Shown piece by piece: positions 1-15,086 of a DNA stretch of 64,000 nucleotides. How positions within the stretch are numbered: the stretch's first letter is position 1; each line of letters begins with the position of its first letter. This DNA comes from an uncultured Chloroflexia bacterium (GTDB lineage: Bacteria; Chloroflexota; Limnocylindria; Limnocylindrales; CSP1-4). The notes under the pieces were generated by a model that had not been told where the DNA came from, did no database searches, and was given only the letters and a program-made list of their open reading frames with translations. The translations under genes and the position numbers were made by a program. The DNA lies in the NCBI GenBank assembly GCA_963746845.1, contig CAVVCZ010000001.1:160001-224000 (forward strand). The letters run 5' to 3'.

Positions 1-266
1 TGGCCCTTCTTGACCCGGCGCCGCGCCTTGGGGCGGTACTTGAACGAGATCACCTTCTCGCCGCGATCCCGACGGACGACCTCGGCCTCGACCGCCGCGT
101 CGGCGACGATCGGCCGCCCGATCGCGGACTCATCGCCGTCGGCGACCAGCAGGACGCGATCGAGGGTGATGTTGCTGCCCGGCTCGGCGTCGAGGAGCTC
201 GACCTCCAGCTCGGTCCCGACCTCGACGCGGTATTGCTTCCCGCCGGTCTCGATGACTGCGTACAT
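1..266 (-). CDS. rplU: 50S ribosomal protein L21 (partial, runs off window start)
   Basis: Manual translation from ATG at 266 gives [17 protein letters not shown], the L21 N-terminus. Confidence 0.95.
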   Translation of the reverse strand, partial: MYAVIETGGKQYRVEVGTELEVELLDAEPGSNITLDRVLLVADGDESAIGRPIVADAAVEAEVVRRDRGEKVISFKYRPKARRRVKKG

Positions 267-355
267 GGAACCCTTCGGATTGGTGCGGCGGTCGTGGGCC
301 GACCGCGACAACGGACATGGAGAGTCGCCCGGCAGGGGCCGGAACGCGGAGGCGG

Positions 356-385
356 AGTGTACGTTCGAACGGGCTCGAGCGTCAA
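356..385 (-). promoter_or_regulatory. sigma70-type promoter for rplU
   Basis: Minus strand TTGACG (385-380), 18-nt spacer, TACACT (361-356). Confidence 0.6.
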
Positions 386-419
386 TTGCGCGGCCGGTCC
401 GCAACCGGCCGTTGTGTCC

Positions 420-1184
420 TCAGCCGGCCCCTTCGCGCCGGAGCTCGTCGGCGAGGATCAGGCGGGTCCGGGTCATCGACCGGACACCGAGCGGGAGCCC
501 GCTCGCGTCGGCGAGGGCGGCCACGACCTCCTCGGGACGCCCGGCGCCGAGCTCGGGGTCGAACCGCGTCCGGGCGGCGACGACGGACGTCCCGGTCGCA
601 GTCCTGGCCGGGTCGATCGCGACGTCGATCAACAGCGGCCGCAGGTCATAGCGCTTCTCCGTCGTGCCCTTGAGCCGGACCCGAGGGATCGCGTCGGCGG
701 TGGCGAGCGCCTCGGCCGCGGCGGCCAGTCGCCGCGCGCGGCCCTCGTCCCCTTCCACGCCGTCGACCTCGATCCGCCAGTCCGCCGCAGCGACCTGGCC
801 GGCCAGCGCCGCGGATCCGAGCCAGACGTCCTCCGCGTCGACCCACGCATGAGACGCGGGCAGACTCGATCGGAGCGACTCGCGCAGCCGCCAGACCGGG
901 ATGCGCTCGACGAGCCACAGCTCGAGCAGCTCCCGCTCGCCGCGCGCCGCGGCCGGTAGCGGCGCCCCGAACGCGATCCGCGCCCGGCCGTCGGGTCCAT
1001 CGAGACCCGCGACCGGGAGGCCGGACCGGAGCAGCGTCTCCTGCCAGGCGTCCAGCGCGATCCGCCCGACCTGGTCGGCGTCAACCGGGCCACGGGCGAA
1101 CGCGATCCGCCAGCGCTGGCGCGGCTCGCGCGACGGCGCCGGGCGATCCGCGGGATCGGACGCGTCCCCGGAACGGCGATCCAC
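420..1184 (-). CDS. DUF2344 / TIGR03936 radical SAM-linked protein
   Basis: QRWRIAF, RSGLPV, RIAFGAPLP and YDLRPL motifs; lies upstream of rplU as usual. Start uncertain (GTG 1184 or ATG 1214). Confidence 0.75.
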   Translation of the reverse strand: MDRRSGDASDPADRPAPSREPRQRWRIAFARGPVDADQVGRIALDAWQETLLRSGLPVAGLDGPDGRARIAFGAPLPAAARGERELLELWLVERIPVWRLRESLRSSLPASHAWVDAEDVWLGSAALAGQVAAADWRIEVDGVEGDEGRARRLAAAAEALATADAIPRVRLKGTTEKRYDLRPLLIDVAIDPARTATGTSVVAARTRFDPELGAGRPEEVVAALADASGLPLGVRSMTRTRLILADELRREGAG

Positions 1185-1204
1185 GTCTGCTAGTCTCCCG
1201 CGCG

Positions 1205-1855
1205 ATGGATCCATACAAGGTCCTCCAGGTCGATCCCGAGGCGGAGGACGAAGTGGTCCAGGCCGCGTATCGGCGGCTGGCGCAGAAGTATCACCCCGAC
1301 GTGGCGGGCCCGGATGGCTCGGCCCGGATGGCGTCGATCAACGCGGCGTGGGAGCTCCTCCGGGATCCGGGCCGCCGCGCTGCGTACGATCGGGAGCTGC
1401 GGGCGGCGGCGCGGGCCGCCGAACGTGCGGCCGAGGCGGCGTCGGCCCCTCCACGGGCGAGTGCGGCCCCGACGGCGGCGGCCGGCGGGCCCGCGTCCAC
1501 GGTGGGTCCGACCGCACCGCGGCCGCCGGAGACGGTGTCCTCGGACTGGTCGAGCGGGCGCTCGAGCACCGGGAGCGGCTACGACCCGTCCCGGATGCGC
1601 GCACCGGACGGGCACGGGGCGGCCGGTCCGCCGCCGGGCGATCCGTCCGGCACGGTCCTCGCCTTCGGGCGGTACGCCGGGTGGTCGCTCGGCGAGATCG
1701 GCCGCAAGGACGTCGACTACCTCGAATGGCTCGACCGGATGCCGATCGGCCGGCCGTACCGCGACGAGATCGACGTGCTGCTCCGCAAGGCCGGCCGACG
1801 ACGCAGCGCGACGGGCGACGCGGCGGACCGCCGAGGGCTGTTCCGCCGGCGCTGA
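1205..1855 (+). CDS. J-domain (DnaJ-like) protein with C-terminal FGRY-type small domain
   Basis: DPYKVL...AYRRLAQKYHPD...INAAWELLRDP...RRAAYD with intact HPD; C-terminal LAFGRYAGWSLGEI...DYLEWL. Confidence 0.85.
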   Translation: MDPYKVLQVDPEAEDEVVQAAYRRLAQKYHPDVAGPDGSARMASINAAWELLRDPGRRAAYDRELRAAARAAERAAEAASAPPRASAAPTAAAGGPASTVGPTAPRPPETVSSDWSSGRSSTGSGYDPSRMRAPDGHGAAGPPPGDPSGTVLAFGRYAGWSLGEIGRKDVDYLEWLDRMPIGRPYRDEIDVLLRKAGRRRSATGDAADRRGLFRRR

Positions 1856-1875
1856 GCCGACCCGGCCCGCGCCGC

Positions 1876-3150
1876 TCAGACGGGCGCGATGTCCGCCGCG
1901 GCGTCGGGAGCATCGGCGGCGCCTGCGGCGTCCGCGGCGCCGGAACGACGGACGACCCACGACACCGTCGTCCCCTGGATCAGCAGGGTGAACAGCACCA
2001 CGCCGAACGTGATCCCCTGCAGGAGGTCGCGGTTCGGCAGATCGGCCGGCAGCGACAGGGCGAGCGCCACCGATACGGCGCCGCGGAGGCCGGCCCAGAA
2101 CAGCACATGCAGCCAGGCGAGCGGGACGGCGGTGTCCGCCGCGCGACCTGGGCGGCGGACGATCCGCAGCACGCCGCCGAGCAGTCCGTAGACGACGACC
2201 GCCCGGGCGATGAGGATTGCGACGATCCCCCACCCGATTGGCCCGAGTGCGTGGACGATCGTTCCCGGGGCGATCGAGACCCCGACCAGGAGGAACACCG
2301 TGGCCGTCAACAGGAAGGCGACGAGCTCCCACACGACGTCGATCGTTTCCGTCGCGCGCTCGGACAGGGCATCGCGCGCCAGGTTCCCGAAGACGCCGGC
2401 CGCGACGAGCGTCGCGATCACGCCCGATCCGCCGAGCTGGGCGGCCACGAGATACGTCCCGTAGGCGAGCACGATCGTGATCGTCAGCTCGATCAGGTGG
2501 TCGTCGACACGCCGGATCAGGCGCGCCGCCCCCCAGCCGACGGCGGCCCCCAGCACGCTGCTGCCGACGACGGACAGGATGAACTCGAGCGCGGCGGCAC
2601 CGACGGACCCGTGACCGGCGAGGAGGTCGAGTGCGAGCGCGAACAGGACGATCCCGGTCCCGTCGTTGACGAGGCTCTCCATCTCGACCGTCGTCGCCAG
2701 GCGCTCCGGGACGCGCACCCGTCGGAACGTCGACAGGACCGCCGCCGGGTCGGTCGCGGCAACCATCGCCCCGACGACGAAGGCCTCGGTCGGGGTCAGG
2801 ACCGTCGTCGCCGCCAGGATCAGCGCGACGATCCCGGCCACGATCACGACCCCGGGGATCGCGAGGAGGAAGATCCCGGCCGCGGTCGGGCGGAGCACGT
2901 CAATGTTCGTGCGGAACGCGGCCTCGAACACGAGGCCGGGCAGGACGATCGCGAGCAGCAGGTCCGGGCTGACCGGGAGCGCCGTCGAGAGCGAGACGCT
3001 CGGCCCGACGAGGGCGATGACCAGGCCGACGACGACCAGCACGACCGAGGACGGAAAGGCCCAGCGGCGGGTCAGGATCGCGACGGCGGCGGACGCCGCC
3101 AGCAGGGCGACGAGCAGCCAGAGTGGGGCGAGCGACCCGGGATCCGTCAC
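1876..3150 (-). CDS. CPA1 family Na+/H+ antiporter
   Basis: ATDPAAV, ESLVNDG and GLRGAVSVALAL motifs; many TM segments. Confidence 0.9.
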   Translation of the reverse strand: MTDPGSLAPLWLLVALLAASAAVAILTRRWAFPSSVVLVVVGLVIALVGPSVSLSTALPVSPDLLLAIVLPGLVFEAAFRTNIDVLRPTAAGIFLLAIPGVVIVAGIVALILAATTVLTPTEAFVVGAMVAATDPAAVLSTFRRVRVPERLATTVEMESLVNDGTGIVLFALALDLLAGHGSVGAAALEFILSVVGSSVLGAAVGWGAARLIRRVDDHLIELTITIVLAYGTYLVAAQLGGSGVIATLVAAGVFGNLARDALSERATETIDVVWELVAFLLTATVFLLVGVSIAPGTIVHALGPIGWGIVAILIARAVVVYGLLGGVLRIVRRPGRAADTAVPLAWLHVLFWAGLRGAVSVALALSLPADLPNRDLLQGITFGVVLFTLLIQGTTVSWVVRRSGAADAAGAADAPDAAADIAPV

Positions 3151-3193
3151 GGCCCCGCCGCCGCATCGCCGCGCCCGTCATCGGACGCGGCGC

Positions 3194-4354
3194 TCACCAC
3201 TCGGCGCGGGTTTGTCTGATGTTGATGCTCTGGACGATGCCGAGGCCCACGGCGAGGCTGATCAGCGACGCGCCGCCGTGCGAGATGAACGGGAGTGGGA
3301 TGCCGGTGATCGGCATCAGCCCGATGACCATGCCCAGGTTGACGAACAGCTGGAACACGATCATCGACGCGAGCCCACTGGCGAACACCATCCCGAACGG
3401 GTCCTTCGAGCGCCAGCCGGCGACCATCACGCGCCACACGAGCGCCGAGAACAGGACGAGCAGGATCATGGCGCCGATGAACCCGAGCTCCTCGAGATAG
3501 ATCGCCGCCACGAAGTCGCTCTCCTGCACGGGCAGGAAGTTCAGCTGGTTCTGGGACCCGTTCGTGAGTCCCGTCCCGGTCCAGCCGCCGGAGCCCACCG
3601 CGATCAGCGACTGGTTCACCTGGTAGCCGGCGCCCTGCGGGTCCGTCGCGGGGTTGATGAAGGCGTTGATCCGGGCCTTCTGGTAGTCGCGGAGCAGGTA
3701 GGTCCAGATCACCGGGAGCGACGCGAGGACGAGCGCCATCATCCCGCCGAGCCAGGCGAGGCTCGCCCCGGACATGAACAGCATCCCGCCGAGGATCGCG
3801 AGGAGCACCAGGGAGGTGCCGAGGTCCGGCTGGAGCATGACGAGGATCCACGGCGGGGCGACGAGGACGCACGCCCCGAGGATCGACGGCAGCGACCGGA
3901 GCTTGCCCTGCCGGGCGCCGAGGTAGTTCGCGAGGACGACGATCATCAGGATCTTCGCCAGCTCGCTGAACTGGAAGTCGAACGGGCCGATCGAGATCCA
4001 GCGCGACGCGCCGCCCACGCCGTGGCCGATCGCCAGGGTCAGGGCGAGCAGCCCCAGCTGGAGCAGGTACAGCGGCCAGGCGAACGTCTTGAGCCACTTG
4101 TAGTCGAACGCGGTCGTCACGACGAACGCGATCAGGGCGATCCCCGTCCACATCAGCCCGCGCACAAACGTCGTCCCGTTCGAGAGCACTGCCTGACCCT
4201 GCTCGACGCTGTTGGTGTAGGCCATCACGAGGCCGAGGACCGAGAGCAGCCCGGCGTAGGCGGCGAGCTGAAGGTCGAACGCGCGCCAGGCGGCCCCGAT
4301 GGACTTCGCCGCCCAGTCGGTCATGCGGGCCGGCTCGGCGCGGATCACGCCCAT
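3194..4354 (-). CDS. rodA: SEDS glycosyltransferase RodA
   Basis: QFSELAK, LQPDLGT, GYQVNQSLIAVGSGG, PITGIPLPFISHGG; follows the PBP2 gene. Confidence 0.92.
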   Translation of the reverse strand: MGVIRAEPARMTDWAAKSIGAAWRAFDLQLAAYAGLLSVLGLVMAYTNSVEQGQAVLSNGTTFVRGLMWTGIALIAFVVTTAFDYKWLKTFAWPLYLLQLGLLALTLAIGHGVGGASRWISIGPFDFQFSELAKILMIVVLANYLGARQGKLRSLPSILGACVLVAPPWILVMLQPDLGTSLVLLAILGGMLFMSGASLAWLGGMMALVLASLPVIWTYLLRDYQKARINAFINPATDPQGAGYQVNQSLIAVGSGGWTGTGLTNGSQNQLNFLPVQESDFVAAIYLEELGFIGAMILLVLFSALVWRVMVAGWRSKDPFGMVFASGLASMIVFQLFVNLGMVIGLMPITGIPLPFISHGGASLISLAVGLGIVQSINIRQTRAEW

Positions 4355-4394
4355 GGCCGGCTCCCGGAGGCGCCCTGGATCGTCGACGTCGTCA

Positions 4395-6317
4395 TCAGTT
4401 CGACTGGTAGAAGTTGCCGCGCTCGAGGAGATTGAAGTTCCGGTAATCGTGCTTGATCCCGTAGTGGAGCTGCAGGTAGTACTTGACGATCTCGGTGGCG
4501 GCGTTGCCCTTGGTCCGCGAGTCGTAGGCGAAGGCGAGGACGACCAGGCCCGCGTCCTCGCGGCCGACGGCCTTGAGCCCGCCGGGGTCCGACGCGCTCT
4601 TCGCGGGGTTCTTCGGCACGAACGCGATGAACCACGAGTGGAACGGGAGGCGGCCCCGGCTGTCGCGGAGCCCGAACTCGGCGGTTCCGGACTTGCCGGC
4701 CACGACGATCGGCAGGTCGACCAGGTTGTACGTGTGCCGCACGAGCACGACGTTCCGGGCGGCCTCGCGCATCACCTTCAGGGTGCTCCGCGGCACGTCC
4801 AGCCGGCGGATGAGCTTCGGCTTGAACGGCCGGACGACCGTGCCATCCGGCCCGACGATGTCGTGGACGATCTGCGGCTGGTACAGCTTCCCGCCGTTCG
4901 CGAGGGCCGCGTACGCGTTGATCAGCTGGATCGGGGTGACGACGTCGTAGCCCTGGCCGATCCCGGCCTGGTACGTCTCGCCCGGGAAGATATCGTCGCC
5001 GAACGTTGCCTGCTTCCAGGCGTTCGATGGGACGATCCCGGAGACCTCACCGGGCAGGTCGATCCCGGTCGGCGCCCCGAAGCCGAACTCTTTCGCCCAG
5101 TGGGCCAGTCGGTCGATCCCGAGCATGCCGGCGAGCTGAAAGAAGAAGGTGTCGCTGGAGTGCGCGAACCCGAGCTTGATCGGGATCGGGCCCCAGCCGC
5201 GATGGTTCCACTCCCAGAACTTCGTCTGGCCGAGGAGGAGGTACGGCCGGGTCCGGACGCGAGTCTGCGGCGTGATCTTGTGATCGGTCAGGGCGCCCGT
5301 CCCCGTGACGAGTTTGTACGTCGAGCCCGGCGGGTAGTGGGCCTGGGTGGCGTGGTTCAGCAGCGGCTTGTTCGGGTCCGCGAGGAGCTTCGCATACGCC
5401 TTGCTGCTGATCCCGCGGGCGAACGCGTTGTCGTCGTACGTCGGCAGGCTGACCATCGCGAGGATCTCGCCGGTCTGGGGGTTCTCGACGATCACGACGC
5501 CGCGCTTGAGCCCGGCCGCGCGCATGCCCCACTGGAGGGCCTTCTGGGCGAGCTGTTGCTCCTTCGTGTCGATCGTCAGGTGGAGCGAGTCGCCCGACGT
5601 GGCCTGCGAGACCGTCTGCAAGTCCTGGACCACTCGGCCGGCGGCGTCCTTCTCGACCGTCTTCTCGCCATAGGTGCCCCGGAGCTGCGTCTCGTAGTAC
5701 GCCTCCAGACCCGTCTTCCCGAGGAGGTCATCGGGGAGATAGCCCTTGGCCTTCAGGTCGGCGAGCTGATCGGGTGCGACCGGTCCCGTGTAGCCGAGGA
5801 TCTGCGACACGAGCGGGCCCTCGGGGTACTGGCGGCGCGCCTCGACCGCGACCTCCACACCGGGCAACGCATCACCTGCCTCGGCGAGGAGCCGGGCGGT
5901 CGCGTCGGGCACGTCCGTCGCGACCCTGACCAGGTCGAATCGCGAGCCCGGGTTGCTGTCGATCGCGCCGTTGATGTCCGCTGGGTCCATGTTCAGCAGT
6001 GTCGCCAGCCGCGCCACGACTTCGTCGCGTCGCTCCTCCGGAAGGTCGACCGGCCGGATCTTCACTGCGAACGTCGGCACGTTCGTCACGAGCGCCACGC
6101 CCTTCCGATCGAAGATCAGGCCGCGTGCCGACGGGATCGCCTCGGCCGCGGTCCGGTTCCCTTCGCTGAGGGCCGTGAACTGTCCGCCGTTGACGATCTG
6201 CAGGTAGAACAGCCGTGTCGTGAGGCCGGCGACCGCAAGAATCGCCGCCAGACCGAAGACGAGGAAGCGGCTGCTCGGGCGCGAGTATTCCGTTCGGCCG
6301 TCCACGAACGGGTTCAT
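4395..6317 (-). CDS. mrdA: Penicillin-binding protein 2
   Basis: RGLIFDRKG; SxxK (PGSTYK), SSD and KSGTAE motifs; N-terminal TM; between mreD and rodA. Confidence 0.93.
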   Translation of the reverse strand: MNPFVDGRTEYSRPSSRFLVFGLAAILAVAGLTTRLFYLQIVNGGQFTALSEGNRTAAEAIPSARGLIFDRKGVALVTNVPTFAVKIRPVDLPEERRDEVVARLATLLNMDPADINGAIDSNPGSRFDLVRVATDVPDATARLLAEAGDALPGVEVAVEARRQYPEGPLVSQILGYTGPVAPDQLADLKAKGYLPDDLLGKTGLEAYYETQLRGTYGEKTVEKDAAGRVVQDLQTVSQATSGDSLHLTIDTKEQQLAQKALQWGMRAAGLKRGVVIVENPQTGEILAMVSLPTYDDNAFARGISSKAYAKLLADPNKPLLNHATQAHYPPGSTYKLVTGTGALTDHKITPQTRVRTRPYLLLGQTKFWEWNHRGWGPIPIKLGFAHSSDTFFFQLAGMLGIDRLAHWAKEFGFGAPTGIDLPGEVSGIVPSNAWKQATFGDDIFPGETYQAGIGQGYDVVTPIQLINAYAALANGGKLYQPQIVHDIVGPDGTVVRPFKPKLIRRLDVPRSTLKVMREAARNVVLVRHTYNLVDLPIVVAGKSGTAEFGLRDSRGRLPFHSWFIAFVPKNPAKSASDPGGLKAVGREDAGLVVLAFAYDSRTKGNAATEIVKYYLQLHYGIKHDYRNFNLLERGNFYQSN

Positions 6318-6817
6318 CGCGGCGCGCGCTCCTCTTCATGCACGAACCGGTCGTGGATCGACACGGCGAGCGGGCCGAAGATCGCGGCGACGATCACGTC
6401 ATACAGCACGCTCGGTGCGACGAACCGCAGCGGATCCGTGATGGCCGCTGCGGGACGCAGGATCGAGAACAGGAGGACGAGGGTCATCGAGTACAACAAG
6501 CTGAGGATGGCGGTGGCGATGATGGCGACGATCGGACGGATGCGATGGAGGGGGCGGGCGATCGCCGCGGTCAATCCGACGGCGATGAGCAGGGCGAAGG
6601 CGGTGCTGCCAAGGGGTCGTTGCGAGAGGGTGTCGAGCGCGAGCCCGCCGGCGAACGCCCAGACGAGACCGCTGTCGAGTCCGACGGCGACCGTCCAGAC
6701 GACCGCCAGGACGAAGACGAGATGCGGCTGGGCATCGCCCACCCGGAGATATGGGGTGATGGTCGATTCGACGATGGCAGTCACCGTCGCTGCGATCGCG
6801 GCGACCAGCAAAGTCAT
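6314..6817 (-). CDS. mreD: Rod shape-determining protein MreD
   Basis: From ATG 6817: MTLLVAA...PHLVFVL...WAFAGGLALDTLS..PLG; ATGA overlap with mrdA. Confidence 0.85.
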   Translation of the reverse strand: MTLLVAAIAATVTAIVESTITPYLRVGDAQPHLVFVLAVVWTVAVGLDSGLVWAFAGGLALDTLSQRPLGSTAFALLIAVGLTAAIARPLHRIRPIVAIIATAILSLLYSMTLVLLFSILRPAAAITDPLRFVAPSVLYDVIVAAIFGPLAVSIHDRFVHEEERAPR

Positions 6818-7022
6818 GGACAGTCCGATCCTCGGCGATCCCAATCGCGCCCAGATCGCGCGTGACGTCTGACGATCGGCGGCGGCGGTGACGTTCGGCG
6901 GCAGTATCCCATGCATCGTCCCGAACGGGCAATGGTCGGTGGGGACACGCGCGCACGCAGGCCCGACGGACCGATCTTGCGGCACTCCCGCCGCCGCCCT
7001 CACGGAATCGTCCCGTTGCCGG

Positions 7023-7038
7023 GGTTTCACGTGAAACC
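7023..7038. promoter_or_regulatory. parS: parS centromere site
   Basis: Perfect palindrome GGTTTCACGTGAAACC matching the parS core, 160 bp upstream of parA. Confidence 0.9.
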
Positions 7039-7199
7039 TCGAGGCTCCGCCGCAAGGCGCAAGTGACCGGGAGGCGATGCCCGGTGAACCCGCGGATGAG
7101 CGCCCTGGACGACCATGCCGCGAGGCGCCGAATCGAGGGGCCGAACCGCCCCGGATGCTAGAATAGGTGCTCGTGACAGCTTCTTCGTGGCGATCCTGA

Positions 7200-11457
<4,258 letters not shown>

Positions 11458-11461
<4 letters not shown>

Positions 11462-12429
11462 GCCCGACCGCGACCCTCAGCCCGATCACGGCCCACGCGA
11501 ACGCGTTCGTGGCCGATCGCCGGCCGGAGGCCGAAGACCTCGGTCGCCGCCTCGCGGACGAGGTCAACGACCCGGACGCGTTCGCCGCGATGCTCCGCGC
11601 CGGGTTCGAGGATCTCTCGGACCCGGCCTATCTCGAGGGTCAGCGCCGGATCGCACCGGGGATCGGGGGGCTCCACGGCGTCCGCTGGCCCCTGATCGAG
11701 GCGGTCAAGCGCGGGTTCCGCGGATCGACCCGCACGGAGCGGACATCCGGCTGGCTCTTCGTCGTCGACCGTCTCCTGCGGGAGCGCACGCTCGAGGAGC
11801 ACTGGTTCGCGTTCGGCCTGCTCGAGCGGCTGATCGTCGACGACACGGAACGTGCGTGGCAGCTGCTCCGCCGAGCCTCGCAGGAGGCCGGCGACTGGAT
11901 CACGGTCGACAGCCTCGCCCACCCGGTCGGCAAGGGGATCCTTCTCGAACCCTACCGTTGGGCGGAGCTCGAGCAGCTGGTCTACAGCCCGTCGCGATGG
12001 GAGCGGCGCCTCGTCGGGAGCACGATCGCGACGATGCCGTTCGTCGATCGACGCCACGGTCGCGATCCCGAGGTGGCCCGCCATGGGCTGATGCTGATCG
12101 GGGAGCTGATCGGCGACGCCGAGCCGGACGTGCAGAAGGCGCTCGCCTGGGCGCTGCGATCGCTCGCGGGCGTGGATCGCGCCGGCACGACGGCCTTCCT
12201 CGACGACCAGTCCGCGATCGCCGCCGCGGCCGGCGACGGGCACCGCGCGTGGGTCATCCGCGACGCGCTGCCCAAGATCGACCCCGCCGATGCCGACCGG
12301 ATCCGGGCCCGACTGGACGGCATCCGCCGGCACGCCGGCGCCCCCTCGACCTCCCGCGCGGCGGAAGCCGTGGCGCGCTTCGACGACGGCCGTCTCGGTG
12401 TGCCGATCCCGCAGCCACCACTGATCTGA
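11458..12429 (+). CDS. DNA alkylation repair (AlkD-like HEAT repeat) protein
   Basis: DWITVDSL, SRWERR and VQKALAWALR motifs; ATG 11458 overlaps the upstream stop. Confidence 0.75.
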
Positions 12430-12486
12430 GACCGACGATGATCACGACATCGACCCAAACGAACGATCGTTAGGAGAGCCTGACCC

Positions 12487-15051
12487 GTGACCGACGACCT
12501 GGGCGAGATCCGCGCGATCCGCATCGAGGACGAGATGCGGACGAGCTACCTCGATTACGCGATGAGCGTGATCGTGTCGCGCGCCCTGCCTGATGTCCGT
12601 GACGGGCTGAAGCCGGTCCACCGCCGGATCCTCTACACGATGGGCGAGATGGGGCTCAGCGCCACGAGCTCCTTCCGCAAGTGCGCCGCGATCGTCGGCG
12701 AGGTGATGGGCAAGTACCACCCGCACGGCGACGTCGCCCTGTACGACGCCCTCGTCCGGCTCGCCCAGGACTTCTCGATGCGCTACCCGCTCGTCGATGG
12801 CCAGGGCAACTTCGGCTCCGTGGACGGCGACTCCGCGGCCGCGATGCGCTACACCGAGGCGCGCCTCACCGCGATCGCCGCCGAGATGCTCGACGACATC
12901 GACAAGGAGACGGTCGACTTCGAGGACAACTACGACGGAACGCAGAAGCAGCCGACGGTCCTGCCGGCGAGACTCCCGAACCTCCTCGTCAACGGCAGCA
13001 GCGGGATCGCGGTCGGCATGGCGACGAACATCCCGCCGCACCATCTCGGCGAGGTGTGCGACGCGACCGTCGCGCTGATCGACGATCCCGCCATCACCTC
13101 GGACGACCTCTCGAAGTTCGTCCTCGGGCCGGACTTCCCGACCGGCGGCACGATCTATCGCTACGAGGTCCAGCGGAACCCGCTGACCGGCGAGAACGAG
13201 ACGGTCGACGCGATCCGCCAGATGTACGCCCACGGCCGCGGCCGGGTCGTGATGCGCGCCCAGGTCGCCTTCGAGGAGGTCCACGGCGAGCGGATGGCGA
13301 TCATCGTCACCGAGCTGCCGTACCAGGTGAACAAGGCCGCGCTCCTCGAGAAGATCGCCGAGCTCGTGAAGGACAAGCGGATCGAGGGGATCGCGGACCT
13401 GCGCGACGAGTCCGATCGCGACGGGATGCGCATCTACATCGAGATCAAGCGCGACGCGAACCCCCACAAGGTGCTGAACAACCTGTTCAAGCACACCCCG
13501 ATGCAGCTCGCGTTCAACATGAACATGCTCGCGCTCGTCGACGGCCAGCCCCAGACGCTGCCGCTCAAGAGCGTCCTCCAGCACTGGGTCGACCACCGCC
13601 GCGAGATCGTCCGCCGCCGGACGGAATACGACCTCGGCAAGGCGCGCGCCCGGGCCCACATCCTCGAGGGCCTGAAGATCGCCCTCGACAACCTCGACGC
13701 GGTGATCAAGACGATCCGCGAGTCGCGCGAGGTCGAGGACGCCCGCGCGAACCTGATGAAGCGGTTCGACCTGTCCGAGCTGCAGGCGAACGCGATCCTC
13801 GACATGCGCCTGGCCCGTCTCGCGGCGCTCGAGCGGCAGAAGATCGAGGACGAGTACCTCAGCATCATCCAGCTGATCGCGGAGCTCGAGGACATCCTCG
13901 CGAACCCCACCCGCGTGCTCGGGATCATCAAGGACGAGCTCGCGGAGCTGAAGAAGAAGCACGCCGGTGAGCGCCGGACCCGCGTCGCCGACGACTCCAG
14001 CCGGGAGATGACCGACGAGGACCTGATCGCCGACGAGGATGTGGTCGTCACGATCAGCGGCCGCGGCTACATCAAGCGCCAGCCCGTCGCCACGTACCGC
14101 CGTCAGCATCGCGGCGGCAAGGGGATCATCGGCCACGTCACCCGCGAGGAGGACGCGGTCGAGCACCTGATCGTCGCGAACACCCACGACTGGGCGCTGT
14201 TCTTCACGAACCGCGGCCGGGTGTTCTCGGCGAAGGTCCACTCCATCGTCGACGCGAGCCGCCAGGCGAAGGGCACGCCGATCATCAACCTGCCGGGCGT
14301 CCAGGTGGAGGCCGGCGAGGTCCCGATGGCGACCATCGTGCTGCCGAACTTCGAGCCGGGGCACTTCCTCGTCATGGCGACGCGCAAGGGGATCATCAAG
14401 AAGACGCCGCTCGAGCTGTTCGAGCGCGTCCGCTCGACCGGGATCCTGGCGATCACGATCAACGACAACGACGAGCTCGCCTGGGTCGACGTGTCCAGCG
14501 GCTCGGACGACGTGATCATCGCGACGGCCGAGGGCATGCTCGCCCGGTTCTCCGAGGAGGAGGTCCGCCCGATGGGCCGGGTCGCGGCCGGCGTGATCGG
14601 CATCCGGCTCCTGAAGAAGGAGGGCGACAGCGTCGTCGCGATGAGCGTCGTCGACCCCGAGGCCGACCTGCTCGTCCTCACCGAGACCGGCTACGGCAAG
14701 CGGGTGGCGCTGACCGAGTTCAGGCGTAAGCACCGCGGCGGGCAGGGCGTGCGGCTCATCGCGCTCGAGGGCAAGAAGACCGGCATCGTCGCGGCCGTCC
14801 AGCAGGTCACAGAGGAGGACGAGGAGCTCCTCCTGATCAGCGCCGGCGGTCAGGTCATCCGGACCGAGACGAACTCGATCAACCGCTATTCCTCGGGCGC
14901 TCGCGGCGTCATCGTGATGCGTCTGGCCGAAGGCGACCGGGTCGTGGCGATCGCCGCGTTCCGCGCCGGGCTGGCAGATCGCGATGGCATCGAGGACAAT
15001 GACGCCCCCGAGCCGGACGGCAGCGGCCCGGCCCCGGGTCGCGGCGCCTGA
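12487..15051 (+). CDS. gyrA: DNA gyrase subunit A
   Basis: [29 protein letters not shown], GyrA box QHRGGKG; SD AGGAGAG. Confidence 0.96.
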   Translation: MTDDLGEIRAIRIEDEMRTSYLDYAMSVIVSRALPDVRDGLKPVHRRILYTMGEMGLSATSSFRKCAAIVGEVMGKYHPHGDVALYDALVRLAQDFSMRYPLVDGQGNFGSVDGDSAAAMRYTEARLTAIAAEMLDDIDKETVDFEDNYDGTQKQPTVLPARLPNLLVNGSSGIAVGMATNIPPHHLGEVCDATVALIDDPAITSDDLSKFVLGPDFPTGGTIYRYEVQRNPLTGENETVDAIRQMYAHGRGRVVMRAQVAFEEVHGERMAIIVTELPYQVNKAALLEKIAELVKDKRIEGIADLRDESDRDGMRIYIEIKRDANPHKVLNNLFKHTPMQLAFNMNMLALVDGQPQTLPLKSVLQHWVDHRREIVRRRTEYDLGKARARAHILEGLKIALDNLDAVIKTIRESREVEDARANLMKRFDLSELQANAILDMRLARLAALERQKIEDEYLSIIQLIAELEDILANPTRVLGIIKDELAELKKKHAGERRTRVADDSSREMTDEDLIADEDVVVTISGRGYIKRQPVATYRRQHRGGKGIIGHVTREEDAVEHLIVANTHDWALFFTNRGRVFSAKVHSIVDASRQAKGTPIINLPGVQVEAGEVPMATIVLPNFEPGHFLVMATRKGIIKKTPLELFERVRSTGILAITINDNDELAWVDVSSGSDDVIIATAEGMLARFSEEEVRPMGRVAAGVIGIRLLKKEGDSVVAMSVVDPEADLLVLTETGYGKRVALTEFRRKHRGGQGVRLIALEGKKTGIVAAVQQVTEEDEELLLISAGGQVIRTETNSINRYSSGARGVIVMRLAEGDRVVAIAAFRAGLADRDGIEDNDAPEPDGSGPAPGRGA

Positions 15052-15086
15052 CGGCGATGCGATCGGTTCTCGGTCGGGAGGACGCC

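Noticed and set aside
267-350. L21 ribosomal leader RNA
   Set aside because: Hairpins are present but cannot be matched to the Rfam model by eye
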